A stretch of 64,000 nt of DNA from Octopus vulgaris (Eukaryota), in NCBI GenBank assembly GCA_951406725.2, contig OX597817.1, positions 50,902,001 to 50,966,000 on the forward strand, given 5' to 3'. Both the position numbers and the translations under genes were made by a program. The notes beneath the pieces are model-generated. The model was not told the DNA's origin. It made no database searches and saw nothing but the letters and a program-made list of their open reading frames with translations. This document shows positions 1 to 12,608 of the stretch, piece after piece (the stretch's first letter is position 1; every line of letters starts with the position of its first letter).

Positions 1-167
1 AACAAGAAAGCATCTTCAAAGCCAGATCTTTTGAGACTACTGCATGAAACTTGGCAAGCGAATATTCATCTGATCAGTAACATGGCTATTAAGGCCCTTG
101 CATTGAAAAATGCAAAGGGCATTCACATAATAATATATAATATTTAGAATATAACAACAAATAAATA

Positions 168-707
168 CCGTACTTACCGGTCTATAAAGCGCATCTGTAT
201 TTAAGCCGTAGGGCCGAATTTGGAGGAAAATTTTGGTTTTATCCACACCTAAAGCGCACCGGTGTTTAAAATACCCATAGAGCTACGGGTCCGCAGCTAG
301 CTTTTTTGTTGTTGACGTGTATGCAGTTTCAAATTGCGTTATTTTACAGTTATGAGATATATTGTTATTGTTACGATTTTATCTGATTATAATCAACAAC
401 AAATACATTTCGTCAATATGAAAGTCTTTATTAGATTAAAAATAACATTATCAAAACATGAAGGTAAAACAAAGCAAATACGCTTTGTTTTCTTTCGGGC
501 GCCAATGTACTGTAGCAGTAGTCTTTCACATTGTTCACCAACCGACCTTTGCCCTGAAAAAATCAATGGAATCATTCGATCTCCATACACAAATTATTTT
601 CCTCTTGAAGCTTATAAAAAAAATACACATATTAGGCGCATCTTTCTATAAGCCGCACACTAAATTTCCCAGGTAAAATATAACGGCTACTACAGCAGAA
701 AATACGG
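168..707. mobile_element. Degenerate Tc2/pogo-type MITE
   Basis: Termini TA|CCGTA... and ...TACGG|TA (TA at 166-167 and 708-709). Imperfect ~24-bp TIRs and repeated subterminal TAAGCCGYA/TAAAGCGCA motifs. Confidence 0.6.
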
Positions 708-854
708 TAATCTGAACATATAATTTCAGATTTAAATAAATGTTAATGATACAAGAGTGTCTATTTACTTCTGGCATGTCTGTGTATATATGTATTTATA
801 TATGCATGTGAATATGCATGATACATGTATATATTCGTGCATGTAAGTGCATTC

Positions 855-895
855 CTCTCTCTCTCCCTCTCTCTCTCTATATATATGTGTGTGTG

Positions 896-942
<47 letters not shown>

Positions 943-963
943 GAGAGAGAGAGAGAGAGAGAC
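855..963. repeat. Compound microsatellite (CT)n(AT)n(GT)n(AT)n(AG)n
   Basis: Direct reading. Confidence 0.95.
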
Positions 964-1186
964 AGTACAAGGTTAATAGGGAGGAAAATATCCAATCCTT
1001 CACTAGCTCCAATGTTTAATACCTAACTTTGTAGGGAAAAACTTATAATTCACATGGGTTTATAATAAATTAACAAAAATGAAAAGAAAACAGAGATATA
1101 CAATTGTCAATTCAAAAATTCAAATTTATTAACATAAGATTATATTATATTCTCACAATATAATATTATAATAAGCATTAATTACA

Positions 1187-1273
1187 AATTATTTAGACAT
1201 GTTTCGATTTGTATACATTATACAATTATCATAAGTCCATTGTTTCTGGGTAAGAATCTCTTCAGTGTAATTT
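1187..1273 (-). ncRNA. Degenerate type-I hammerhead ribozyme motif
   Basis: Minus strand reads AAAUUACA-CUGAAGA-GAUU...AAUC-GAAAC-AU-GUC. The 3' arm of stem I is decayed. Confidence 0.55.
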
Positions 1274-1775
1274 TTGATATATTATGCTCACACATCGAAG
1301 AAAAGATGTTTTCAAGCGTGAGCGTCAATGATTAAAAACAAAAAAAAGGATAAAAATAAAGAAATTAAAATATGAAAAATAAACTAATATGACGGTCATA
1401 GAATATGGTTGTATACTACTAAATATTTGAATCTAAATATATCTTGGCGCATTAATTTTCTTAAATACCAGGAAAAATATGTTTAAAAAAGTTATGGTGA
1501 AATCAGAAATATCTATTTCATTCTTTCATATTATAAAAATATAGACGTTATTATAATAACAATACGCTATTTATCTATTGGCAAATAGCAAATAATATAT
1601 TTAAAATATTTTATCATGTCTAGTCAAATGGTAATTAATAATATATAATACGTTGCATTAATTATTTATAATAATCATTAATAAAAATCTAAGATTAATA
1701 ATTAAAAAATAAGAAACTTTCTAAAAATATTATTATCGTAGAAATTAAACTCACGCTGAATTAACCAGTTATCCA

Positions 1776-1808
<33 letters not shown>

Positions 1809-2615
1809 CATATGTACGGCAAAAATATCCCTTTGATAATTAGTCATTTACATAGTAAGAGAAAAATATTGCTAAAATTAAAATCAAAATTAGAATTAAA
1901 ATTAGAATTACTTAGTTTTTTTAGAGGAAAAATTTCATCGTTATATTTATATGCATTTATCGTTATGGAAGAACAGAAGGGAGATAATTTAACAAAAGTA
2001 ATTTACACAATGTTTTAATATGGTGTACGATAAATATTATTTATCCAGTATAATTTTTCATCTATACTAAATTTTACATATATAAATAAAGAATTTCCTA
2101 TTTTTCATGAGAAATAATTCACTTTAAATCAATGTTTATAATTTAATGCAATCATAGTTACGATTAGAATTATATAATACTAGACATATACAATATTTAC
2201 AATAGGATCTAATTTCAAATTCAATTTAAATTAATATAACTATATTTAAGTTTATTCAATATAAAATAACATAATTTAAAACCTCCTATGGCCTTCAATA
2301 TTTTAATTTTAATTTTAGCATTAGTAATTAGTATGAAAATGAGTAATTATCAAAAGAACATTTATGAAATCTTAATGATTAAATTTTGGGGAGATAACTG
2401 GTTAATTCTTTGTTCACTTGATTTCTACGGTAATTATTTTATGATGATAATATATTTTAGAAAGTTTCTTTTTTATATAAACCTACGTAAATTTTAATTA
2501 TTAATCTTTGATTTCCTATATTCGTTTTTGTTCTTAATTATTGACGCTCACACTTGAAAACATACTTATATTTAAATTCAATCTTTTCTTCGATGTGTGA
2601 ATCCTCAGATATCTG

Positions 2616-2703
2616 AAATTACACTGAAGAGATTCATAACCAAGAAACAATGGATTTTTATAATTTTATTATGGGTAAGAATCGAAACACTTGTATGTAA
2701 TTT
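2616..2703 (+). ncRNA. Minimal type-I hammerhead ribozyme (PLE-type)
   Basis: Stem I AAAUUACA(2616-23)/UGUAAUUU(2696-2703); core CUGAAGA(2624-30); stem II GAUUC/GAAUC; GAAA(2684-87); short stem III AC-acuu-GU; predicted cleavage after GUA at 2695. Confidence 0.75.
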
Positions 2704-3396
2704 GTATTTGATATTATTATTTATTACATTATATTATATTATTATAAAAATATAGTATATTATTATGTTAATAAATTTTAATTTTTACTGAAATTTATAA
2801 CGCTCCGTACATGAATACCCGTATACATATAGATATATAGTTTACTGTATCGTTATCAGAAGGATCAACAAAAAGTACTCCATCTGGTGAGAGATATAAT
2901 CCCAGGTAAATTCAGAAAGTATTTTTGGCAATATTTTGAAAGTTGCGTTCATATTGAAGGAACAGATTAAGAGGTTAGTTAGTATGAAAACGGTCCACGT
3001 GGGTATGTAGAGTGAGAAAGACAGACATCAAGACAGAGAGTGGTTGTGAGTGAGTGAATAGAAGGGAGAAAAGGAATTGGATAGGTGTAAGAAAGAATGA
3101 ATGACAGCAAAATTTTTAAAATCAAAAATCAATAATAAAAATATAAGGAGTAGGTGCTAGTATTATTATTCGGTTGGGTAGATTCGGGGTGAGAGGTCAG
3201 TGGTTAATGTTTTGGTAAAGTGGAGGACGAAGGCATTTATGGCTTTAAATTAAACAGATTAATTTTTGGTTCGGTATGGTCAGGAAGGGTATTTAGTTCT
3301 GTGGTCAGTAAGGATAGCTAAAATGCTAGAAATAGATGCCTAACATACGGCAACATACATAGGAATAAGTATACAATTAAATGTATACACACACAG

Positions 3397-3452
3397 ATAT
3401 ATATATATATATAAAGAGAGAGACAGACAGACAGACAAACAGAGAGAGATAG

Positions 3453-3511
<59 letters not shown>

Positions 3512-3555
3512 AGAGAGAGACAGACAGACAGAGAGAGATAGATAATATATATACA
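3397..3555. repeat. Duplicated compound microsatellite unit (AT)n-AAAG-(AG)n-(ACAG)n-(AG)n-ATAGATA
   Basis: The same motif succession occurs twice. Confidence 0.8.
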
Positions 3556-4003
3556 CAGTCACATATACATGCATGAATATATACATGTATACATACATTC
3601 GCTCATGCATACATACATAAGTGCATACGTGCATACTTATCTATTTCTGTACATACATACTTTCATACTTACAAACAATACATAGTCAGTACGTAGAAAA
3701 CTAGCGCTAAGCATCGCAATAAATATACGTTTGTGCCTCGAACTATAATTTTCCTAACGATATGCATATTATTTATTTAAATGGCAGATGTAACACAGTG
3801 ACTGAAAGTCCGACTCTCGTAGATTAGTATTCATCAAAAATTTTGCTGTGCGTCAATGCATTTTGTACACTCCATCTTTGTTATTCCGTATCTGTTTCTC
3901 AGACTTTGTCTCTGTGTCACTCTCTCTGTTCATCTATCTATCTCTTTACCAACCTCTTTCTTTCTCTCTCTATCTCTGTATGTATATATATATACACACA
4001 CAC

Positions 4004-4100
<97 letters not shown>

Positions 4101-4232
4101 GCTATCTATCTATGCTTTTATTCATCCATCAATCCACCAGCCTTCTGTCTATGTATCAATATATCTGTGTTTTGATGGCTCGTTCAAGATATCGATTTAT
4201 CAATTTATCCTTAACTCTCTCTCCCTCACTGC

Positions 4233-4309
<77 letters not shown>

Positions 4310-4314
<5 letters not shown>

Positions 4315-4792
4315 TTCAAATTTACAGAACAAGGAAGATGAAGCCAAGTATAGGAGCAACAAGTATATGTATTATTAGTTTAACGCACAGGAAGGATCGA
4401 ATAGTCATTTAGATTTCGAGCCTACTCTCTTGGGCAGAAGGGATTAAGAGGGGGAAAAAGGAGGATAAATAAAAAAAGGATTGGGAGAGAGAAAGAAACA
4501 TCCTTTTAGATATTAAGAGTTCAACGTTACGAAATAGACAGAAGAACGCTATATATATATATCCACGCTTTTAGATCAATTTTTCTTATATATATATATT
4601 ACCAAGCCTAAATGAATCTTGCAGCTTATTCCGTGCATATACATAGACCTCGTGTATACCGTTGGCGATTTTTTTCCTCTGTCTTCCTTTCTCGGGATCT
4701 TTCCTTCTCCTATGTTTCCGACGAAGAAATACGCTCGAAACGTCCAATAACACGCGTTGTGTTTTTTTGTGTTTTCTTATTTGGATTAACTT

Positions 4793-4795
<3 letters not shown>
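4310..4795. mobile_element. Two oppositely oriented PLE pLTR-like fragments with decayed hammerhead motifs
   Basis: Minus ~4405-4440: CUGCCCAAGAGAGUAGGCUCGAAAUCUA. Plus ~4716-4750: CCGACGAAGAAAUACGCUCGAAACGUC. Both lie between (AT)n tracts. Confidence 0.45.
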
Positions 4796-4887
<92 letters not shown>

Positions 4888-5191
4888 ATCACCGTGACCG
4901 ACCAGGCTATCAGATGTTGCTACACATCGCTGGTCACAATGCATTTCGCATTGTTTTAGCCTTTAAATGACGCCACTCCGCTGGCTAAGCGAGCAGGCCA
5001 ACAGAAGAAAGAGTGAGAGAATGTTGCGGCGAAAGAGTAGAGCAGGGATTGTCACCAACCCCCTACCGGAGCCTCGTGGAGCTTTAGGTGTTTTCGCTTA
5101 ATAAACACTCACAATGCCTAGTCTAGGAATCGAAACCGTGATCCTATGACCGCGAGTCCGCTGCCCTAACCACTGGGCCATTGCGCCTCCA
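4888..5191 (-). mobile_element. tRNA-derived SINE, family D
   Basis: Minus-strand head has A box TGGCCCAGTGG and B box GGTTTCGATTCC. The head is homologous to 7762-7958. Confidence 0.8.
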
Positions 5192-5211
5192 CTCTCACAC
5201 ACACACACACA

Positions 5212-5328
<117 letters not shown>

Positions 5329-5614
5329 ATATCGTTAGTTGTATGTGTTAGTTAATGCTAGTAGTTTTCATATATTTTTGTGATGAACTCATAAAATTAA
5401 CCATGAGATATTAAAATTCAAGTACTGAATCACAATCACTGCCTCCCCACTCTTCTCTCTTATACGCAAATGATTTTATATACCGAAGTTCATATCCGGA
5501 TATCTACATCCAAACAGATATATTTTTTCTTTTATTCTTTTATGTGTTCCAGTCATTTGACAGCGGCCATGCTGGAGCACCTCATTTATTCGGGCGAATT
5601 TAGTCGCATCGGGC

Positions 5615-5950
5615 AAAACGAGAAAGATATGCAGTGATATACTTTTGGAAAATCATAGAACTTGTGCCCAATGTCGGTAGTGTAAGTTACACGAAAGGCA
5701 GAGCGGGGTGTCACTGCATAATACCTAAAATCTCAACATTGCCATCGGTATATATGACCAGATAATTTAGCAACTTGAGTTTAAAGGGTGCACATCTCTC
5801 CAATATCCTCCCACAGACTCTGAGAGTCTTATAGGGAATAGATATAGGCGTCTTCAAAAGAAAAAAAGATCTCCTTCTACTATGAGTTCCGGCGAGAGAT
5901 GCAGATGTGGGCAACATCAACAAATTCACTCTTTCACCAAATGTCAAACT
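5615..5950 (+). mobile_element. CR1-type LINE 3' fragment (decayed ORF2 C-terminus)
   Basis: Broken translation resembling R(R)ERYAVIYxWKIIELVPN...FKGAHLSNILPQTLR...FKRKKDLLL. Confidence 0.6.
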
Positions 5951-6151
5951 AATAAAAAATGCATACGCCCCCACCCACATACACACTCACACACACACAT
6001 ACATAATACATACATACATGCATGCATACACACACATATATTAGATAGATAGACAGAAACATAGATAGAGAAGAAGAGAGATCAAATATATATAGATAGA
6101 CAGATGTAGATAGATAAAAGTTCATCTATATCTTGGCATTAGGTATACAAA

Positions 6152-6214
<63 letters not shown>

Positions 6215-6351
6215 TTGTGTGTGTGTGTATGTATGTGTGCATGTCAAAATAAGCAGCAGGATATCAAGTAGTGATGCAGTACGACCGTTTCAAATGTCTC
6301 CATTTAATTGAACAATGCTATCATTACATCAATTTAAATACAGTATCATCT

Positions 6352-6424
<73 letters not shown>

Positions 6425-6428
<4 letters not shown>

Positions 6429-6575
6429 AGAATTCATAAAAAAACAAAAGACGAAGACAGGTGGTGTAGACAACAAACAGATGTATTAGAATAATGCTCG
6501 GGAAGGGAAAAACTTTTTAACGTTTCGACCCTACGCTCTTCCACAGAAGGAAACCCAGAATGAAACAAGGAGAGA
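6425..6575 (-). mobile_element. PLE pLTR-like island with hammerhead-like motif
   Basis: Homologous to 10797-10990. Minus strand reads CUU-CUGUGGA-AGAGC-guag-GGUC-GAAAC-GUU. Bounded by AT-rich microsatellite. Confidence 0.55.
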
Positions 6576-7069
6576 ATATATATACATATATATATGTATA
6601 TATATATTTATATATATGTATATATTACTTAGGAAGTAAAATTATATATATATGCTTTTGCATGTGTGTATGATCGCATGTAGGTGTGTGTGTTCGTCTG
6701 TGTGTGTCAGTTTAGAACAGAAACCGAATCAATCAGAGAGGACGTGGCGGGAGAAGTTTCAATAATTATAATTTCGAGTGTTACGATGTATTGAAATGAT
6801 TCCACTCTGGTTGCTATGCTCTTTATTATTATAAATAGATAGCTACCTGATGTAATTAAGTTTTCTACTTACACCACAGCCAGCGCTGTCTGAGCCAATC
6901 GGGCCGTGACCTTCGAGCTGGTTATTCTCATGAATGCTATTCGTAATAAATAATGACGGCAAATATCGACTTCACCTTATAATACCCACCCATCAGTGTT
7001 CGTTTTATGACATCCGTCTCAATCGTCTTCATCGTATTTATATTCAAGATAATTATCACCGTCACCAGT

Positions 7070-7337
7070 ATCTCTCACATCAACATCATCGTCGTCATCA
7101 TCATCAGCATCATCGTCATCGTTATCATCGTCATCATCATCAGTAGCAGCAGCATCGTCATAATCATCATTGTTATCAACAATTAATACCATTCATGTTA
7201 TCAATATAGTCTATTAGTACTGCCACAGACATCTACCATTCTCAGTCTGTCGCACCCTCATTAGCACGAGCACCACCACTACTACTACTATTACTACTAC
7301 TACAATTACTACTACTACTACTACTACTACTACTACC
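7070..7337. repeat. Imperfect (CAT)n/(CAG)n and (TAC)n trinucleotide tracts
   Basis: Direct reading. Explains the His-rich ORF 6934..7146. Confidence 0.85.
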
Positions 7338-7488
7338 TATTTATAAAGAAATACTACGAACTCTTCTTAATTTTCCTGGTTTTCAACTTACTATGTATGT
7401 TCTCTGATATATAAATATTCCATTGATGCTTTGATTACATTTACAACTGTCTGTCCATCTTTTACTCTCTCTCTCTCTCTTTTATACT

Positions 7489-7579
<91 letters not shown>

Positions 7580-7580
<1 letters not shown>

Positions 7581-7958
7581 CAGCCGAAAAATCCCAGTCC
7601 GTAACAAATTATTGGGATCACATTTATAACATGCTTTTCACCCGTGAAATTAACGTGCAAGTGTCTGAGCACTCCACAGTCACGTGTACCCTTAACGTAG
7701 TTCTCGGGGAGATTCAGTGTGACACAGAGTGACAAGGCTGGCCTCTTTGAAATACAGGTACAACAGAGACAGGAAGAAAGAGTGGGGGAAAGTTGTGGGG
7801 AAAGAATACGGCAGGATTCACCACCACCCACTGCTGAGCCTCGTGGAGCTCTGGGTGTTTTCGCTTAATAAGCACTCACAACGGTCGGACTGGGAATCGA
7901 AACTACGATCCTACGACCGCGAGTCCGCTGCCCTAACCACTAGGCCATTTCGCCTCCA
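7580..7958 (-). mobile_element. Chimeric tRNA-SINE (family D head + family E tail)
   Basis: 7762-7958 matches ~4998-5191; ~7640-7761 matches ~33988-34103. Confidence 0.75.
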
Positions 7959-9267
7959 CATTGTGAATATATATCACTGTACAAGTTGTACCACGAACAG
8001 AACCACCAAATATTTTAGTTATCCAAACTAGAAAGCTTTCGGCTGACTTCCAGTAAACTTAACATTAAATCAGCATTTATTCTCGTTATTAATAATAAAA
8101 AAAAGTCTTAGGGAATCTTTCTATTGTCTACATGAAGCTGTTAAAATTACTAGGTGGAAATTCTGCGATGCTTTGTGAACTTGACAGCTATGCATTTTCG
8201 ACAACAGAATCGTTTTTTGTTCCTAAAATGATTGTCACACATGGCAGTTGCTACCTCGCATCCTATAACTTGGATCGATATTATAAAGAACGATAAAAAT
8301 GTTAGCGAATGATCGATTTGATTGCTTCCATCATCACACTCACTTAAGACTCATATACACCTGTACAAAAGAATACCCAGAAAACATGACTGTTGAATAT
8401 ATACAGTTTAAAAAGAGAATAATACTTGCTTTCAGAAGTCAATTTAATTTTTGGAAATTTTCGAATTATTTCTGGCATTGAAAATACCTCAGGCCTTAGC
8501 ATCTACTAAAAACTCTCAATGTTCAGCTGAACCCTATAATGAATCATTACTTCCACATCTGGGATTAAGTTGTTGCTACCAACAGAAACATCCTATAGCG
8601 TGTACAAATACATTACTCCACCGGCTGTGTATGAAGTCACGCGACTATTACCCCAATCCCTAACCCATAAATAAGCTCCTCCCTCTCCCTCTCTTTCTTT
8701 TATAGTGCTCCTGCAGCTGCAACTCCTTCGTGGAGAACTCTGATCTCGTTTCTCCTCTCCTCAGTTCACCTAGCTTATTTGTTTTTTCCTCACGTCACTT
8801 ATGTTTTGCCTATGCTCAAAGCTTCGTACAATACACAACATTCTCCATCCCATATAATCAATTCCTTGCCCATTTGTATGTTTTATTTTCTCATTAGGCA
8901 AGAGGAAAGGTAATGCATGTGAGGTTTTATATTGTCTTTGATACTGACACATGTGGGTGAGAAAGTTATTTTTATAATGGAGCCTGGCCTTGATGTTTGC
9001 AATAGAATGGACACCGCTTAAGACACTTAAGCAGATTGTGGTGTCAAAGTGACCGACAGATTAAATCTCTATTAATAAGTTCTCCTGCAGACGTTGACAC
9101 GCAAGAGCAAAGCTTACTGCGTTGATCTCATAACACTTATGTAATAACATTTTAAAAATAAAACAGTTTTATCACAGAAGTTGAGCAAATAGCCCCAGGT
9201 TTAAAATGTTTCGTGTTATTGCTACAGGTTCATATAAATATGTGTTACGATGTTACAAGATACATAC

Positions 9268-9330
<63 letters not shown>

Positions 9331-9333
<3 letters not shown>

Positions 9334-9519
9334 TGTTTTACATGTTTCAGTCATTTGACTGCGGCCATGCTGGAGCACCGCCTTTAGTCGAGCAAATCGC
9401 CCCCAGGACTTAGTACTTTTACTATCGGTTATATTTTGCCGAACCGCTGAGTTACGGGGAATTAAACACACCAGCATCAGTTGTCAAGCGATGTTGGGGG
9501 GACAAACACAGACACACAA

Positions 9520-9572
<53 letters not shown>

Positions 9573-9746
9573 CATACATATATACGACGGGCTTCTTTCA
9601 GTTTCCGTCTACCAAATCCACTCACAAGGTTTTGGTCAGCACAAGGCTATAGTAGAAAACACTTGCCCAAAGTGCCACACAGGGGACTGAACTCAGAACC
9701 ATGTGGATTGTAAGCGAGTTACTTACCACACAACCGCTCCTATGCC
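9331..9746 (-). mobile_element. tRNA-derived CORE-like SINE, family A
   Basis: A/B boxes, CORE-like TTGGGCAAGT, internal microsatellite, tail GGCGGTGCTCCAGCATGGCCGCAGTC. Confidence 0.9.
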
Positions 9747-9789
<43 letters not shown>

Positions 9790-10761
9790 TTGAACAACAC
9801 TGGGAAACATACAATAACTTGCAGTATTATCCAATACTTCACTCTCTTTCAAGAAGTATTGGTGGGTGAGATGTGAACTTGTTTGTTTACCAATCCTAGC
9901 TTATCGAGCGACTCAATCGAATTTTCTTCATTACAAAATTGCTCTCACCCAATTTCGAGAACAATTTCCATTATCATCGGTAGTTGCATTCGATTAATTT
10001 TGAAGTACGCAATTCATATGAATTTATCACTAAATCAATATTTACATTTTTTAAAAATTAAAATTATTCTACATATTTTGAACATTTATATACTATTATC
10101 TAAGCAATGCCTGAATTAACATGTCTAGCGAATGTTTATGTCTGGCTTCAAATATTTATGCTCCAACTGCCCTGAATATACTTGTAATTATTTACAATAT
10201 ATTAATCTTGTTTTATGTATATTAATATTTATATATTACTTATATAACGTTAGTCACCAGTAAATATTCATCCGTCGGGTGATAATCTACATCAAATTGT
10301 GTAATTTTTCGTTATGTCATTATGCGTTACTAATCTACTTATTCAGCCGCAATTTACATGAAAGCAATTACAAAAAGCAGTTCTAAACAGAATCATCCAG
10401 AGGGATATTCATATCGATAGTTTTCACTTTCGGAGAAATAACAGAAAAGATTAGGAGCAGCCTACATGTATTCGAGTGTTGAATCGTTTTTTTTTTTTTG
10501 CAAACAGTTTTATTAAACAACAGCAGCAAAATTAAGTCACAAAACGCAAGAGAATAACTGCCCTCTAAACACGAGATAACTTGAATTCGTGGAATGAGAA
10601 AAAGACGCAATATGTCCATGATATTGCGGCATGAAACACTATTTCTATCCTTACTTCACTTACAATAATGTGGTTTTCTTTCTATCTTATAAGGCAACCC
10701 TTCTTCACATAAGATATTCGTAGAATAGAAACAGAGAGAAAAAAAAACATATATGAATATA

Positions 10762-10796
<35 letters not shown>

Positions 10797-10797
<1 letters not shown>

Positions 10798-10987
10798 GGG
10801 AGAGTTTACGAAAAAAAACAAAAGGCGAAGGCAGGTGATGTACAAAACAAACAGATGTATTAGTATAACGCTCAGGAATAGAAAAAGTCTTTTACGTTTC
10901 GAGCCTACGCTCTTCTACAGAAAGGGACACAGAAAAAACAAGGAGAGAAACAAGGAAAGAAAAAATGTGTGTAGTGGCTAACGATCT

Positions 10988-10990
<3 letters not shown>
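10797..10990 (-). mobile_element. PLE pLTR-like island with hammerhead-like motif (10889-10924)
   Basis: Minus strand reads CUUU-CUGUAGA-A-GAGC-guag-GCUC-GAAAC-GUA-AAAG. Flanked by (AT)n on both sides. Confidence 0.6.
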
Positions 10991-11034
<44 letters not shown>

Positions 11035-11977
11035 CAAAATGGGACAAGAACGCAAAACATCCGGACAACTTGGTGATACAAAAAGGGTCAACAAACCATC
11101 CAGATAGACGATACAACAAACTTTCTATCCTCAGTCAAGAACCGGATCATCCATCAATTTTGGCTGATTAATCTTGACATTGCTCCAATCTGGCCAGCCC
11201 CAATGAAAAACTTAGCTAAGAGCATTAGATTCCTTGGAAGAGAGCATCGTATGTATGCCAAAACAAGGGCGGAAAAACAGACGATGTTACACAAATATAA
11301 ATACAAAATACAATGAAAAAATAATAATAATAACATACAAGTAAACATGCATACATGCAAAAAAGGGCATGCTGAGAGACACGAATGGATACTTTCTTGG
11401 AAGTTGGAATCCGCACATTTAGTGAAAGGTCCGACTGTCCTAGTCGCAGGCCACTGAAACGAAAATTTTACAAACAATTAATCAACTGGGAAACGGTTAA
11501 TACCTAAAAATAAAAAGATTTTTGCAAACGCTGTACTTATTTTACAATAAATATTTCTACGTGACAAAACTCTTTTCGTTTCTTTTACTAAAATTCAAAG
11601 AATATACCTTAAGGGCTTGGAATAGCAACAAATATCACAGTTGCCCCGTAGCAATGATCTATATATGTACGATAAGAAACAGCTGACGTTAGAAAGCAAT
11701 CTTTTCGGTTAATATAAGAATAAAATTCAGCCATGAGAAATCCTCAGATTCAACATTTAAATGTATGGAACATAGAAGAATAGACACCATCGCCAAGGCC
11801 CATCGCATCTATAGGGTATATATCCTTTTCTATGTAAACAATGTTGAAAACACTTTGATATTGATCTAAATGCATCTTAAAAAAGATGGACGAATATACA
11901 TTGGTTGACTAAAGACTGATACGCTAGATTTTACGATCTCTTTCCGGTATCAATGCAGGTAGTAATATTTTTGGCAC

Positions 11978-12440
11978 TTAAAGCGCCGACTAGCAGAATC
12001 AGAAGCCCGCCGGAGAAAATACTTAGAGGTATTTCAACTGTCTAAGGCGGCGAGCTGGCAGAGCCGTTAGCACGCTTAGCGGTATTTCGTCTGCCGTTAC
12101 GTTCTGAGTTCAAATTCCGCCGAGGTCGACTTTGCCTTTCATCCTTTCGGGGTCGATAAATTAAGTACCAGTTACGCACTAGGGTCGATGTAATCGACTT
12201 AATTCGTGTGTCTGTCCTTGTCTGTCCTCTCTGTGTTTAGCCCCTTGTGGGTAGTAAAGAAATAGGAATTTCATCTGTTTTCTTGTACTGACTTGAAATT
12301 CCGCTGAGGTCCACTTTATCTTTTATCCTTTCGGAGTCGATAAAATAAGTACCAGTTAAGCACTGGGGTCGATGTAATCGACTTACCCCACCCCCACCTC
12401 TAAATTACTGGCCTTGTGCCAAAATTTGAAACCAATATTT
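11978..12440 (+). mobile_element. Old SINE family C interrupted by young SINE family B (12044-12264)
   Basis: SINE-B has a tRNA-like head and a Meta-like GCCTTTCATCCTTTCGGGGTCGATAAA core. Degenerate 16-bp TSD GGTATTTCAACTGTCT / GGAATTTCATCTGTTT. Confidence 0.85.
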
Positions 12441-12608
12441 GCGGTACTTGACTGACGAAAACCAGTTTTATCATGACAGAACACAGTCGATATCTTGAAA
12501 TTAGTAGGAAACATTTTACAGAAATGATAATATTGATAGAAGGAGTCAGCAAGAGAAGCAAGCGAAGAAACTAAACAACGCTTACTAAATGATTACAACA
12601 ATAACAAA

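Larger units (their letters stand above)
1114..2786. mobile_element. Penelope-like element remnant: diverged inverted pLTR-like arms (~1114-1370 and ~2500-2786) around an AT-rich interior
   Basis: Arms are reverse complements at blocks such as GAATCTCTTCAGTGTAATTT, CACACATCGAAGAAAAGAT and TGTTTTCAAGyGTGAGCGTCAAT. Each arm carries a hammerhead core. Confidence 0.65.

Noticed and set aside
5120-5191. tRNA gene-like A and B boxes (also in the other SINE heads)
   Set aside because: No complete cloverleaf, and each continues into a multi-copy SINE body.
6934-7146. His-rich ORF
   Set aside because: Produced by a (CAT)n tract, with no other coding evidence.
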